Source: Octopus sinensis
Taxonomy: Eukaryota
Reading direction: 5' to 3'
NCBI RefSeq assembly: GCF_006345805.1
Contig: NC_043010.1
Coordinates: 16,306,001 to 16,370,000, forward strand
Length of the DNA: 64,000 bases
The position numbers and the translations under genes were made by a program. The notes under the pieces were generated by a model that saw nothing but the letters and a program-made list of their open reading frames with translations, searched no databases and had not been told where the DNA came from. Each line of letters opens with the position of its first letter. The first letter of the stretch is position 1. Below are positions 26,022 to 39,031 of the stretch, piece by piece.

Positions 26022-26324
26022 CAGTGGTTTTCAACCATTTTTTTTCTCTATGGACCCCTAAATTATTTTATTCGGGTGGCCCCTCTCCATAGCTATTCAG
26101 TGTATAAAAATTAGTTTTATAGGCACTTCTTTCAAAATTCCTATTTTGTTTTCCACACATTAACTTGTGTAGGTTGAACCACGTAAAATGATTGGCGAAG
26201 AAACCTAGCTGGGTCTTACAATAAGTACATCTGAAGCCAAAAAGTTGTTTGTGAACCCATACAATACTGTTGTGGACCCAAAACACTATTTTGCTTTCAT
26301 ATGAGCCCCAGTTGAGAACCATTG
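26022..26324. mobile_element. hAT (Charlie-like) MITE
   Basis: TIRs CAGTGGTTTTCAAC / GTTGAGAACCATTG. The flanking 8-mers ctatgaag and ctataagg match at 6 of 8 positions, consistent with a decayed TSD. Confidence 0.8.
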
Positions 26325-27425
26325 CTATAAGGCTTCTGTCTTAATACATCATCCTTATTTCATTGTACACCTAACTTTCTTACTTTGATTGATATGGGGA
26401 GAGGTTCAGGGTCAATTGTTGGGAATAAATTTTGGATTTTTTTTTTGTTTTTAAGCTTTGAATATATTTTTAAGAACTGTTATATAGTTGATGTTGTGTG
26501 TGTATCAGTGGAAGGAATGTATATATGAAAACTGTGGCCCTAACAGAGCTGCAGCATTAAAGAAAGAGGATAAGGGCTAAGGAGAAAATGTGGGGTTGTT
26601 GAAAGAAGTGGAACATTAGATGACTGACAGTGATGGCTGTGTCATCACATCAGCAATCATAATTGATTAGTATTAGATAGATCTAATTAAACTAAAAATC
26701 TTTTAATTAAAACTTACATGGAAAAATTTAACTGTCCATGTTAAAACCTGTTTCTTCAGATTTCTTAAATTATTTGTTTCTTCTGCAAGCACCCAGCCTC
26801 TTCTCCTGCACTTGTGGATCATCATGTTTGAATCACTAAACACACATATGCGCGCGTGCACACACACACTGAGGAACCAGACAATCGGTTGCTTTTATTT
26901 AGTGTTACAGTCATTGACATTGAAAGATATACTCATTGCATAGACTTCACTAATGTGCATATGCTTGCATGTGTGTGCAACTGTAGATGTGTCTTTGTGA
27001 AAGAAAAACAAAGAAATATCAAAAAAAACAATATGTCCAGAAAAGCTTTCAACTTGATGACATTTCATATTAGTCTCAGCGTCTGCATGTGTGTAGTCTG
27101 TGTCCATATTGTGTGTGAGACACTGTTGCATGTATTTTGTGTCTGATTATCAACCAATGTCGCAATTCTTTATACAATTATGTTGCATGCCATTATCTGC
27201 TTGCTTCAGACACTTCTCACCTGGTTCAGTGCTGTTATTGCTCTGCCAGCAAACGGTCATCATGGTCATACAAAGACTCTTGATTTTTTTCTTTCTTTTT
27301 TCTTGTTGTTGTTGCTCTTGCACTGTTTGGCCCAACTGGCAACGTCACAGTGTCCGGCTGATGCTTTCTCTCCTTCCATGCTTCTTTGTCCAGCATAACA
27401 CCGTATTTATCACACAAGCAGTGTT

Positions 27426-27567
27426 ATGCATTTTGTAACCGTGTCCCATGTCAGATTGTATCATCTTGGCTCTATGCCTCCGCAGTGGAATACTGACCAA
27501 TACTGTTCTGTCTTGAACCGCAGAATATATGTTCACCTTCCACACCAGTCGTCACCAAAGGAAAAAG
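27426..27567 (+). CDS. Candidate alternative first coding exon: MHFVTVSHVRLYHLGSMPPQWNTDQYCSVLNRRIYVHLPHQSSPKEK
   Basis: ATGs at 27426 and 27474 are in frame with a phase-1 donor AAG|gttaat at 27568. There is no phase-1 acceptor for this frame. The region is CpG-containing and non-repetitive. Confidence 0.3.
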
Positions 27568-30500
27568 GTTAATAGAGGATGTGATATATGCCTTACAGAC
27601 AGACACACACATAATTCTATATGTAAACACGTATGTGTGTGTATGGCTATATATCTCTGAGTGGGAGTATTACTTTGGTTGGAAACAAGTGAGGGTTGGT
27701 GACAGGAAGGGCATCCAACCATAGAAAATCTGCCTCAACAAATTCCATCTGATCCATGCAGGCATAGAAAAGTGGAAGTTAAAATGATATGACCTCTCTC
27801 TCTCACATCAAAGACTTGTTGGCAGAAATGTTAGGTGTGAACAAATGTAAAAGGTTTGTAATTAACTAAATGCTAATTCTTTTTATTTAGTTACTAGTTG
27901 CTAGCAAGGTTTTAAAGGTGTAGCATTTGCAGAAATAACATTTCTGCCTCTCAGTCCCTAATTTTGGTCCCTATTAGTTTCAAGTATCCCAATCAACTTG
28001 ATATCTTTTAAGGTCACTTTTCTGATCTTGATGTTAAATGCTTCACTTTGGGATCAGAGAATTGATATCTGGTTCAACCTTTTAGCATTTGGATTACTCT
28101 GTTGAATGCTTTGAATTAATCCTGCATTATCTTGTGGCCATCACATTTTAATGGTGTGATTGCTTGTTTTTAGAATGACATTGTAGGGTGGGTGTGAGAG
28201 GCTGGATCTAGCTAGTTTGACAGACAGGATCCAACAAGTCCACAGACTCCCTTATGCTCCAGTGTGTGCTTCAGCCTGATTTCTGTGGCTGGATGCCCTT
28301 CTTGATATCAGTCCCCTTACAGTGTGTTCTGGATGAATTTTGCATGGCACCAGTAGTGGTGGGGGTCAACATGCCCTTTACAAAACCAAACCCTTTCAAC
28401 TTAGTTGGGTTGCAGTAGAAAGGGAGACATGAGGTTAAGGTATGAGAGAAGGGTTAAGAACATGTATGCATGTAGATGTGTGCATATGCGCATGCACACA
28501 CGCACTGGATATTTTCAGTGAAGCCTGTTTATTAGTCTGCAAGAAGACACCAGTGAAGATAAGAACCTCTGGAATATATGTTTGATTGAGGTTTTCCTTC
28601 AAAGGTGAATCAAACTAATTCTTGAGAAATGGACACTGCATAAGAATCTGCTTTTTTATAAAACTTTATTTCAATTAATGTGAAATTCTTCTCTCATTCT
28701 TCTCTTGGCATTAAGGAATAAAAAAAAATTCTTTTTCTCTTTCTATCAGTTAATTTACCACTTATAATTCAACAACTTGTGCTGTTTTTCTGAATGATGC
28801 TTAAGAAAACTGCTTCTGAATGGGAATATTTTTTGTGGGTTGACAGCTTTCAAGAGATAAATCATAAACTGCTTCAGTTAATCTGTTGGTCAGTCAACAA
28901 GCTAATGCAAATGTCCACAACTACTAAAAACATTTGAGATATTTGGGATTTCACTTTAATCCAATGTACAGATTGCAGGGTATCCAGCTGTAAAATGTTA
29001 TGTGAAGACATGATGTTTCTTTCTAACCCATGCTGGCATAAGAAAATGGATGTCAAAGGGAAGAAGAAACCAAGGTTTAGAGCGGTTTTGTATCTCTCTG
29101 AAAGGGAATTTTTCAAATAAGCTGAGAAAATATTTTGCTTGCAACCAAGAAGACAATCTTTATCTCAAGTATTTTTTTTTCAGCAATTCTTGATGTTCAT
29201 GAAAATAGCAAAGATTTGGTTTTAATAATTTGTGTATAGGTGAAAGATTGAGTTTATTGGTATTTTTGCATTTCATACAATGTTAATTTTCCTAAAAACT
29301 GTTTTACCAAAATTATTCCATTCCAGGTAAAGGCCACCACTAACTACATCATCATCTTATTGCTTAGCAACAAGTGTGATACGTTTATAATATTTGCTGT
29401 TGTTTCAATACAGGATTGCTACCTAAAGACCCTCCAATTTTTTTTTTTTTAATGTTTATTAACCTAACCTAATTAGCTCTTGGATTAATGACTTTGTTGT
29501 TATATTTTGTATCGTTATCATCAGCATTTTAGTAAACTAAACACTTTCTTCTCATTTGTCTTTGCCATTAATGTATTTGCAATGTCACTGGTTATTAAGT
29601 CTGGGGGGGGGGGGCGAAAGGAAACACTTGTAACCTTCTTCTCTTGAGGGCAGTGATCTGCATTTACTGAATCCCTTTTACTTTGAGATATATGTAAATA
29701 TTTTAGCCCTCCTTCTATCCATGCTACAGTTGGAAAGGTCTGTGCTATTTGGTATACCACCTCTCTCTGGTCAGAAGAAGAGGGACCAACTGGATGCCTC
29801 TGTTTCTAGTTTGTTTAGCGTTCGTAAATCATGTGCAGAAATGCAGCTTCTATTATATCTTCAAAAAAAAGTTTTCTTAATCCAAATAACCATCAGAACG
29901 TTCAAGAAACCAGGTTGTTTCCTCTGCTAGTGTAGAATTCTGGAGTTTTGGAACCAATGACTGTTTCTCAAGACTGCTGATCTTAGGTTAAGACTTTGTT
30001 TTGCAGGAAATTCTGAGGATGCTTGAAAATGTGGTCAGTGAGAGGTGTGAGTGAGTTCAGTTGATTAAAATTCTGTAGAATCCTTTGCAACATAAGCGCT
30101 TCTTTATTGTAATGCTGGATGTAAATTTTGTAGTTCTTGGTACATTTCTTTAATTTGCTGCTGTTAACGATTCCCCCCCCCCTTGGAATTCCACTTGCCA
30201 ACCAACCATGATGATAGCTTTTTGATGTAGTTAGGATTAAAGGGAAGCATTTTGGTCTTGCTGTCAGTCCAGCCATTGCTCAGGACATTGTTGGATGATG
30301 CTATGGTCAGTTGTCATATTTGAGGCTGAAGAGGCTCAAAAGAAATGTGGAGGAAAAGCATAATTCTCTGGCCAATACTTGGCAGTTCTCTTTTGAACTC
30401 CTATAATAAAATTGCTTGGATTTCCTTTTTCTTTTCTTTGACAGTCTGAAGAAATTAATACCATTAACAGAGATTTGTGGCCTAAAACTTGAACCTGAAC

Positions 30501-31636
30501 TATTGAATAAAAGTTGATTCCAAGATAAGCGTCAAAGTTAATTAGCACAACTTGTAGTTGTTTTTGTTCTAATTGAGCAGAAAGGTACATTCATTTATCC
30601 CTTCCCAGTGAACCAAGATGAGCACCTCTCAGGGCACCGTGTTAAGCCCATGGGGCCAGTTTGTGCTAATGTTGTGACTATGTAACTCACTTTCATTGGT
30701 TTGTGGTGTGGCCTGCTTAACAAAGTCACTGAGAATAAGAAAGTATTGGGGATATGGTGATGATAGGGACCAACGGGACAGGTGAGGTGGAGACACTCTA
30801 ATAGAATAGGGATAATGAAATCAGTGATGTATTAATAACAAAAAAAAAGACTAAGAGAAAAATGAAAATACAGAGATGGTGGAGCAGGGGAAAAAGAAAA
30901 GAGATGCTTCCAGTGATGATGATGATGATGATGATGGTAAATAGGGGTTGTGTTGGCAATGATGATATTGTTCTCTCCATTGAGATGTTTTTACTATCCA
31001 TTCCTGATATTCCTGCCAGGCCAGTTTGTATACATTATTAATGAAACATCTATAAACGTATATAAGACAGGCACTGCCCATGGCCCTTTTCAGGTCTCTT
31101 AGTTTGATGAAAGAAAGGCAGAAAGAAATCTTTACTGAAACTCTTTCCCCTCCACTTTATTTAACTCTTTTGAACAGCAAACTTCCTTATTTCACAAATC
31201 TAACATAAGTTTTTGTTTTAACTCTGACATTGCTCATGTAATCCTTTCTTCATCCAAATTTCTTGCTAGAATTGTCAAATTGGAACATTTTTATTGCAGT
31301 ATTTTTTTTTTTTTTTGTGTAGTTGTTATTATTTGTGAGGTTGATGTTATAAATATGTTATGGAAATCTGGTTGTTACTAAAATTGTCAGAAAATTCTTA
31401 AATAATAAAATCAAACTAAACTTTCTGTTTTTAAGAAAATGGTTCACTTTGTTCTCATCTTTTTTTTTTTATTTGAATTTCATGTTTCTTTTATTAATTT
31501 TATTTCCGTTTGAATGTTTTTTTTCCCCCTGATTTGTGTGATTTTTGTTCTTTATTTTCTGTCTTGAACCATTTCGATGATTGTCTCTGCCTCTGACAAC
31601 TATCATTGTTTTATTTTTCTCCACCTCTCATCACAG

Positions 31637-31708
31637 CTCATCCAAAGGGTTCTAAAGAAGACCTTCATGATTCAATACCAACAGTGACTGTAACCCCTGT
31701 CAGCGCTG
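31637..31708 (+). CDS. hts: Adducin cassette exon: AHPKGSKEDLHDSIPTVTVTPVSA
   Basis: Long pyrimidine tract plus ctcatcacAG acceptor, CTG|gtaatt donor, 72 nt, phase 1-1, open. Confidence 0.78.
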
Positions 31709-31761
31709 GTAATTTAGAGTTTATAGCATGCAGTTCAGTGCGGGTGATGGACCACGGGCAG

Positions 31762-31972
31762 TAATAGTTGTCTCTAAACACTAACTGTTCCTCATGCCCT
31801 TGGCCGAATTAACAACCTTTAACTGCTAACCTTCCCCCATCTCCCTGTGAACCCACTGCCCCTACCCATGTAGTAATGCTTCCTGTTGGCCCTGTTCAAC
31901 CAGGGTAGTTAGTGTCATGTGTGACCGTATAGCTTTGAACCAGTCAACCATCAACTGTGCTTATGGTGCATG
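31762..31972 (+). promoter_or_regulatory. Candidate intronic splicing elements (bipartite QKI-type element; RBFOX TGCATG)
   Basis: TAAT at 31762, ACTAAC at 31780, CTAAC at 31826 and TGCATG at 31967, all downstream of the 72-nt cassette. Confidence 0.45.
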
Positions 31973-34900
31973 CAGTCTCCTCTCCTCTCATTTTCAAATC
32001 TAAAATGGACAAAGAATACCATCGCAACGTGTCTTTTAGGTGTTATTTTGTTTCCTTCTGTGACTTAAGCCATGACAACTCTGCTATCATTGTTCTTATT
32101 CACTTGGGGTTTTTATTCTTTGCAAAACACTCAGATATCAGAGGGAGTGGAGGGAAGTTATTAAGTTATTGATTGCTTTTCATAGATTTATAATTATTGA
32201 TGTCAAAGCAATAATTGCTTTTTAATTAAAAAAAAAAATCTTTAAAATCCAAACTGATAAATATGAAAACGAATTTCGTTGTCTCTTGTTCTACTGGAAT
32301 CTCAGAGATGAAAGTGATTCACCATGTTGTAAGAATCTTGGGTTGACTGTTTAAGAATTTTGGTTTTCTTATGACATTTATTTTTAAAAAAGTCAACTTC
32401 ATGAAGCAAAGCAAAAGATATATTCTAGTTGACGTATGTCGCTAATTGCAGTAAATATAGGATGAAATTTCGTTGTAACATCTTAGTTTATGAAAACAGT
32501 ATTTAACAATTGTAATGTTTCACAAAGGGAAAACGAGGAGTTCCTTTCAAGACAGTATTATGACAAAAGTGGTTGGAGTGTATTAAATCTAGTTGTGTTT
32601 TAGAAGGGAACCAAAGTATTAAGGGAAGCTAATATTCATGGACACTTCTAAATTGATGAATAATAAAAAAAATACATAAATTGATCTGAAGCTTTCGTTA
32701 CCTTGGCTCTCAAATCGTATTTAATAACTCCTAAATTCAGAAACTAATTAAGGAGTCTTCAAGGCAGATAACAAAGAAGGTCCCTCCTTATTTAACTGTC
32801 AAATAAAACCCTCTCAAGAACTTGACTATTTCTGGCAGGGATCATCTAAAAGAGTTTTCAGAAAGCCTCATGTGTCACACTAAAGCTAAACAACTGTATT
32901 GAGGGACAAAGGGACCTTCTGAGTGATTTAAAGTGTGTGTTTTCATGTGAAGGACTTCAGCTTTATATTAGCAACTGTATCATCTTTAGGAGATTAAGAT
33001 CCAGAAACCCTGGGCCCCTCTTCCTTATCCACCTTTCATCTCTCATTATCAAGTAGCTTTGCATGAAGGTTCTGCTTCTGTCATGTTTTTTTGGGTTGTT
33101 TTTCTTTGTTTAATCTGGTTTTGTCTGGTTTCCTCCTTTACTTACCGCTTCATCAGTATTGGCATGGCTTTCCTAAGGTATTCACCTGCCATAATGATAT
33201 TTATTTAGGTTTTTGCAATTTAACCAAGCTTTTTTTTTTTTCTTCTTCTTGGGTTTTGGTTGACAGTATTCCTTGGATAATTTCTATAATTTTTAACTCG
33301 TTCTCAATGTCACTGCCTGCTGCTTTTAATCTTTTGGGATATATCGCTTCTTTCCTAATGTGTTTTTCAAATCGATGAAACATAATTGTTACAAGGTTGA
33401 AAATATTGAATATCTATTGTCTTATAGGAAAGATTAATTCCATATTAATGGTTGTAATTATCCATGTTCTTTGTTGCAGCAAACCTAATGAGTAACCACC
33501 TACTTTCCCAGACATTCCATGTTCTGGTGGTATTCAGAGATTTGTCATCTCTGAATATTTGAGATGAAGAATTTTATCGGTTAGACATAGACTCTCTCAA
33601 CTGCTCATCAGTCTTCAACAAGTTCTGGTCTTTACATTTTACCTGAGCTTCCTGTTTTCTTTACATTTTGCAGGACATTCCGTTGTCTTTGTTATTTGCA
33701 CCATAAAAATGTATGAGTTTGTCTCTTTCAGGGACTGATTCCTTATTGAAACCTGAATTCAAAACCTAAAATGGGGAAATAGTTCTTTATAAACTTGCAA
33801 TAATTTTTCCTTCTATTTCCTTATCTTAACAAAAACAAAACAAGAAGCAATGCTTTAAATCCCTTTCTGAGCTTTCTATACCAAAAGATAGACACAACTT
33901 AGTATGGGTTAGTATAATTAGTATTGACCAACTGGGGAGAGTATTTCAAAGAAATGCTTAATCAACCTCTTTTTGCATTGAACAGTTTAAGGAGAGGCAA
34001 ACAAAAGAGACTCAAACCAGTAAACACTTGGTGCTTCTTCTTCTTTCAAGTTAAAGAGGATCAATAATATAAACCAGGTTTGAAGTCCCTCCCTTTGTCA
34101 CAGATGCTTTCAACTGTACAACCATGCATTTCTTCTGAAAAGCTACCTACCCACATTCTTCAACAAGACACTTTTATAGTACCATACTATATTCTGGCCA
34201 TAAGCTAAGAAGCTTATTATCAGTAATTCAGAAAGGCAGAATTGTGACTAGGCATGTTTATTGTTCTGTAAATAAAAGGACATTTTAGTGGCGAAACCTC
34301 TTAAATTGACTCTTGGAGGTAATTGGATTAATTTAAAATGAAATAGTTTCCGTCAGTGTTTGAGAGCCAGAGTTTAGAGATACTTATTCATAACAGAAAA
34401 TTAATAGAAAAACTGGTAAGAATTCTTTTGTTGTCTACATCCAATATTTCTTCCAGCAGAAAGAGGATTTCTCTCAACAAGCTTTGGAAGCTCCAATATT
34501 TACTAATTATATAATTATATACTTGTTGAGAAGAACTACAGTGACAGAAATCTTCAAAACTGGTTAAATTTGATTTTTTTTTTTTTTGTTTTTGTTTCAG
34601 AGCTGTTGTTGTTTGCTGTAAACTCTATTTTCATTCTGTGAGATAATTTTTGTTTTTCAGGAGCAACTTCTGTTTTCTGTCTTTGCCAGTTTACTATTAA
34701 CAGGCACCAAGTTTAGAATTGGTTGACCCAATTTGCTGATGTATTGGTGTTGAGCTTCTTTATTCCGGATTGTTAAGCTTAGACTGTTTGATTTACTCAT
34801 AGAACACATTGTAGAGTGGTGAGAGAATTAGTCATCAATCATTCATCCAACCTTTATTCAGTTCATTCTTTTCTAAAGTGGATGATTAATTGTTAGCACT

Positions 34901-35189
34901 GATTAATTAATGATAAGTAAATAAATATTGGAGAGTAATTTGATATACTATCAATCTCTCTCTCTGTTAAAAATGGGGGAAATGTATTTATAAGAACTGC
35001 ATAAAACTCAACTTAGATTTGCTTCATTTGGCATCTTTTGTGCCAAAGTTTCACCAGAAAATATAGGAGCTGGAAAAATGATTTTGGAATGGTCAGAATT
35101 TGAAGCAACAATGGATTTGCCTTCATTCGTCTGGTATTTATTGTTTGTTTGTTTTAATTAGACTGAACACCAGATTAGAAATTCTGTCT

Positions 35190-35402
35190 TATTTGGGCAC
35201 AAGGCCAGCAGATCTAAAGGGTAGAAGCAAGTCAATTACATTAACCCCCGCCACTACTTGACAGGGGATTTATTTTATCAATCCTAAAAACTTGAAAGGC
35301 AAAGTCGACCTCAGCGGAATTTGAACTCAGAATGAAAAGACAGATGGAAATGCCCTTAAGCATTTTGCCCAGTATGCTAACTATTCTGTCAGCTTGTCAC
35401 CT
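35190..35402 (-). mobile_element. SINE family B, near full length
   Basis: The reverse complement matches 49949-50180 (CTGAGTTCAAATTCCGCTGAGGTCGACTTTGCC). It is followed by (AAT)n at 35405-35437. Confidence 0.85.
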
Positions 35403-35404
35403 TC

Positions 35405-35437
<33 letters not shown>

Positions 35438-38130
35438 CATACCACTAATTTGAAGTGAATGATGAAGATGACTCAATATGATTCATTTAGATTCCTTATT
35501 TCTTCTACATTAAAAAAAAAGAAGCTGCAGCTATTCCAAACACCTGTTGTCGTTAAATCAATTTTCATTAACAAACTCCTGCTGGTATTGTTTCATGAGC
35601 CTGTTTGTTTGTTACGATTATTATTTGTTTTTATTTAATTGTTTAACTATTTAAGTGTAAATGTTTTGCCACACCAGAACTTTACCTTCCTCTCATCCAT
35701 TTTGTACCAAATTCTTTCCTGCAACAACAACAACAACAACAGCATGCATCATATTACAAACGTCTTGTGTGATCACACTTTATTTACTAAACTCTTCCAG
35801 TGTTCCTTTTTCTTTAAATGTTTGTTTTGTACTTAACCCTTTCTATTTATCAAAACGTAGTCCAACTTTGGCCCAAACATTTCCAGAGCCATTTTTTTTT
35901 TTTTTTCTTTAGAGATTAATAAAAAGTGATTTTTTTTTTTCTTACTTGCTCCCTTTCGATATCGATGTAAATATACCACTTACCATTCAGTATTTTTTAT
36001 ACTGCTCATCATCATCAGAGGGAAACCTGGTGGGATAAATTTGACACTGTTGCTTTATGCAACACTCCATTCGGGTGTTTATCCTGTTGGCTCTTGTAAC
36101 TATCTTTCTGTTGCTGTTCCATCCTCGTATTATCTGGATCAGGCTTTTTTTTCCAACTCCAGAACTTATGACTTAGTTCAAGGATGGTTGGTGAAGAGAT
36201 GCCAAATCCATTCATGTGAAAGAAACGTGTGTGCAGAAAGGAGAAACTGGAAAAGAGACAGCAAAACAAGACGGCAGCTGATCTGAAGATGTACGGCCCC
36301 AATAAGGGGACGACGAGCTACTGTGCTGGAAGTCTGTCCTGTCTATTAATGATGAGATGATGATGATACTCAGCTGTCATTATCTAATACCTCTCTAATC
36401 TAAATGGTCATCATTCGGTAATGAGATATTTCATATTTCATAGTGTCTGAACTTCCTTCTCCTACTGGCTCGCTTTATAACTCTCTCTCTCTCTCTCTCA
36501 CACACGTGCATATATATATGTGTGTGTGTGTGTATTGGAATGAACAAGTTATAAAACTAACGCTTGACTTGTTGGGGGAAGTATAAATATAATGCTGTGG
36601 AATAAAGTAAGTTGTGAAATTAGGAGAAGGAGTGGGGAGTATGTTGGTGACTGGGGAGGGGGTAAATATGTAGGGGTGGGAGAAGGTCACAGGAAACCAT
36701 TTTAGTTGTAAGGAAAAATACACGAAATTTAATAATATTAATTAATGAGGCTGTTGCTACAGCTAGAGTGCAAAGTTAATTAAATTATGCAAATAAGGAA
36801 ATTTACATAACTCTAGAGAATAAGAGTCAATATAAAAATGATAGCATTAATGGGCAAGAAAACCTATGACTGATGTGGGGAAATGAGTAGTTTGAGGCGT
36901 CTAGGGAGAAGGAAGAGAGAAAAGGATAAAAAAGAAAAAGGAAAATGAATATAGACAAAGGAGGTGAGAGTTGAGTGTGTTTAAGGAACCATTATGGGGC
37001 TTAAAAACTAATTTTGGGTCTGCAAGAAGGAATTCAAAGTGACAAACAGTTTTTTTTTAGTTCTGTACCTACTCAACAACATCAATGTATTCAGTTAAAT
37101 GACTTCAAAAGGTACAATAAATGATTGATAACAGAGATGGTTAAAGATGATTAAAGTTGAAATGTTAAGGTATGAATAAAGAAATAGACAATTGTTAGAT
37201 GAATAAAATATAAGCAAATCTCAGTGGTGGTGGTCTTTACAGGCTGGATTAAAGTTAGAAAATGAAGTTGGTATCTTCAGAATAGACTTTTAGGTTTGTT
37301 GTGGATGTAAAATTGTAAGACACAAAGAAATTCTTTTCATGAGGTTTATTTAGAGATTACTTCTAGACATGGGTTTCTCTTGAGCATACACTGCAAGGTC
37401 TCGTATTTTTGATTAGAAGAACGTTAAGTTCATACACAAATGGAAAACAGTCTTTGTGTGTATACCAGAGAAAGAGGGATGGGCAGAACAGTTTTGTAGT
37501 CGGACCTCACAAAAGTAGTACAGAAGGTTCTTGAAAAACGCCATGTGCTCAGTAAAACCAATAACTTCATTCCAGATTATTATTCCTGTTTTTGGATAAA
37601 CACTTCTTTGGCACATGCATAAATACAGCAGCCCAAATTAGTGGAGGAGAAATGCCAAGGATCTAGACAAAGACCAAGATGCAACAATCAATGATAGAAA
37701 TTTTCATTGATGATTTGACTCAATGTCGTTATTAGTCACTGGTGGCAGGCACTTCATGGGTAACAGTGGAATTTTAACCATCTCCACATCAACAGAACAA
37801 TCAGTCGAGAACATTGTTGCTTGAAATACATGGGACTACCAGCTGCAAAGTCAGCAGAGCCCTTAAGGTCTAGCATAGCAAGGTCGACAAATATAAGGTT
37901 GTCTTGTTATTTCAAGGTATCTTTATATCAGCTTACCAGTTCTGGTCAGTGGTCTTCGATATGATCAGCCATTTGAGATGGCTACAGAAGAGAATTTGTA
38001 GTGAAACAGAGAGTCCAGGGACCTCAAAGCAGTGGCAGAAGGATTGGTTGTCAGATCCTGTTGAGCTGTTCAATTATTGCCAGTAGGGAAGACACACATT
38101 AAATGATGAGGAGGATAAGAATATATGTGT

Positions 38131-38165
38131 TATATATATGTATATATATATATATATATATATAG

Positions 38166-38212
<47 letters not shown>
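38131..38212. repeat. Compound (TA)n(CA)n microsatellite
   Basis: Direct reading. Confidence 0.95.
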
Positions 38213-38213
<1 letters not shown>

Positions 38214-38968
38214 GTAAACAAAAAAAAAGGTGGAAAAAATAGTACTCGATTGCCAAAGATAAAGTAAATGCTATTTTATTAAAGCTGAAAAAAATCTTCA
38301 AAGATTGTTACTCAGTTTCTCATGGCTGTTCATCAAACAGTTGCAATAATATTGAATCATAAAAAAAGATAGATGTATACATGTCTAAAATATATATTTT
38401 ATGTATATAATATATTATGTGTATATTTGTTTAAATATTATCATCATTTATATATAACATATATCTTGATGATGTTTATGATATACATACACATTTTATC
38501 TAGTTAAAGTTATTAATGAGGGAATACCAATCTGAACAAAATACTTGATAAGTGTACGCTTATGGAAGGGTCCGAGATTATAAGTTCATCGCCATTCTAT
38601 ATTGTAAGTCCATAGTCTATTTACCTATCTATCTATTGATTGATAGATCCATCTATCTACCTACCACTTCCAGCCAAACTGTTTAACCGATGCTAGCATG
38701 GAAAACAGAAGCTAAATGATGATGATGATATATGTGTGTGTGTGTGTATACACAGACACACACACACTTTTTGTACACTTACCATCAAAAACCGTCTCGA
38801 GTTATAAAAGAAAATGGCTTTGGGTTATTTGTTTTCATTTCAATGTTGTTTGGGTTTATGAGAAAAGTTACTTTCAAAAAGTTGGCCTACTTTTGATAAA
38901 ACACAAATATTCCTCTTTGTTGAATCTCTGTGCATGTGTCCTACACCATTTATCTGCATGTTTGCCAG

Positions 38969-39031
38969 CTTCACTTCCAACTGTAAGTGTCCAGCGAGCT
39001 GAATCTGAGAGGCAGCCACACACACCAGAAA
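38969..39031 (+). CDS. hts: Adducin cassette exon: ASLPTVSVQRAESERQPHTPE
   Basis: tgcatgtttgccAG acceptor, GAAA|gtaagt donor, 63 nt, phase 1-1, open. A second internal gtaagt lies at 38983. Confidence 0.7.

Noticed and set aside
29321-29332. ttccAG|GTaaag, a possible recursive splice site in a long intron
   Set aside because: The pyrimidine tract is short and such juxtapositions are expected by chance; it needs nascent RNA sawtooth data.
35940-36345. CpG-containing patch with several short open frames (e.g. DAKSIHVKETCVQKGETGKETAKQDGS)
   Set aside because: No acceptor/donor pair puts any frame in phase with adducin; the strong acceptor at 36162 gives ELMT-stop.
37400-38070. Non-repetitive GC-richer stretch, possibly a transposase relic
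   Set aside because: No catalytic motif or termini could be identified.
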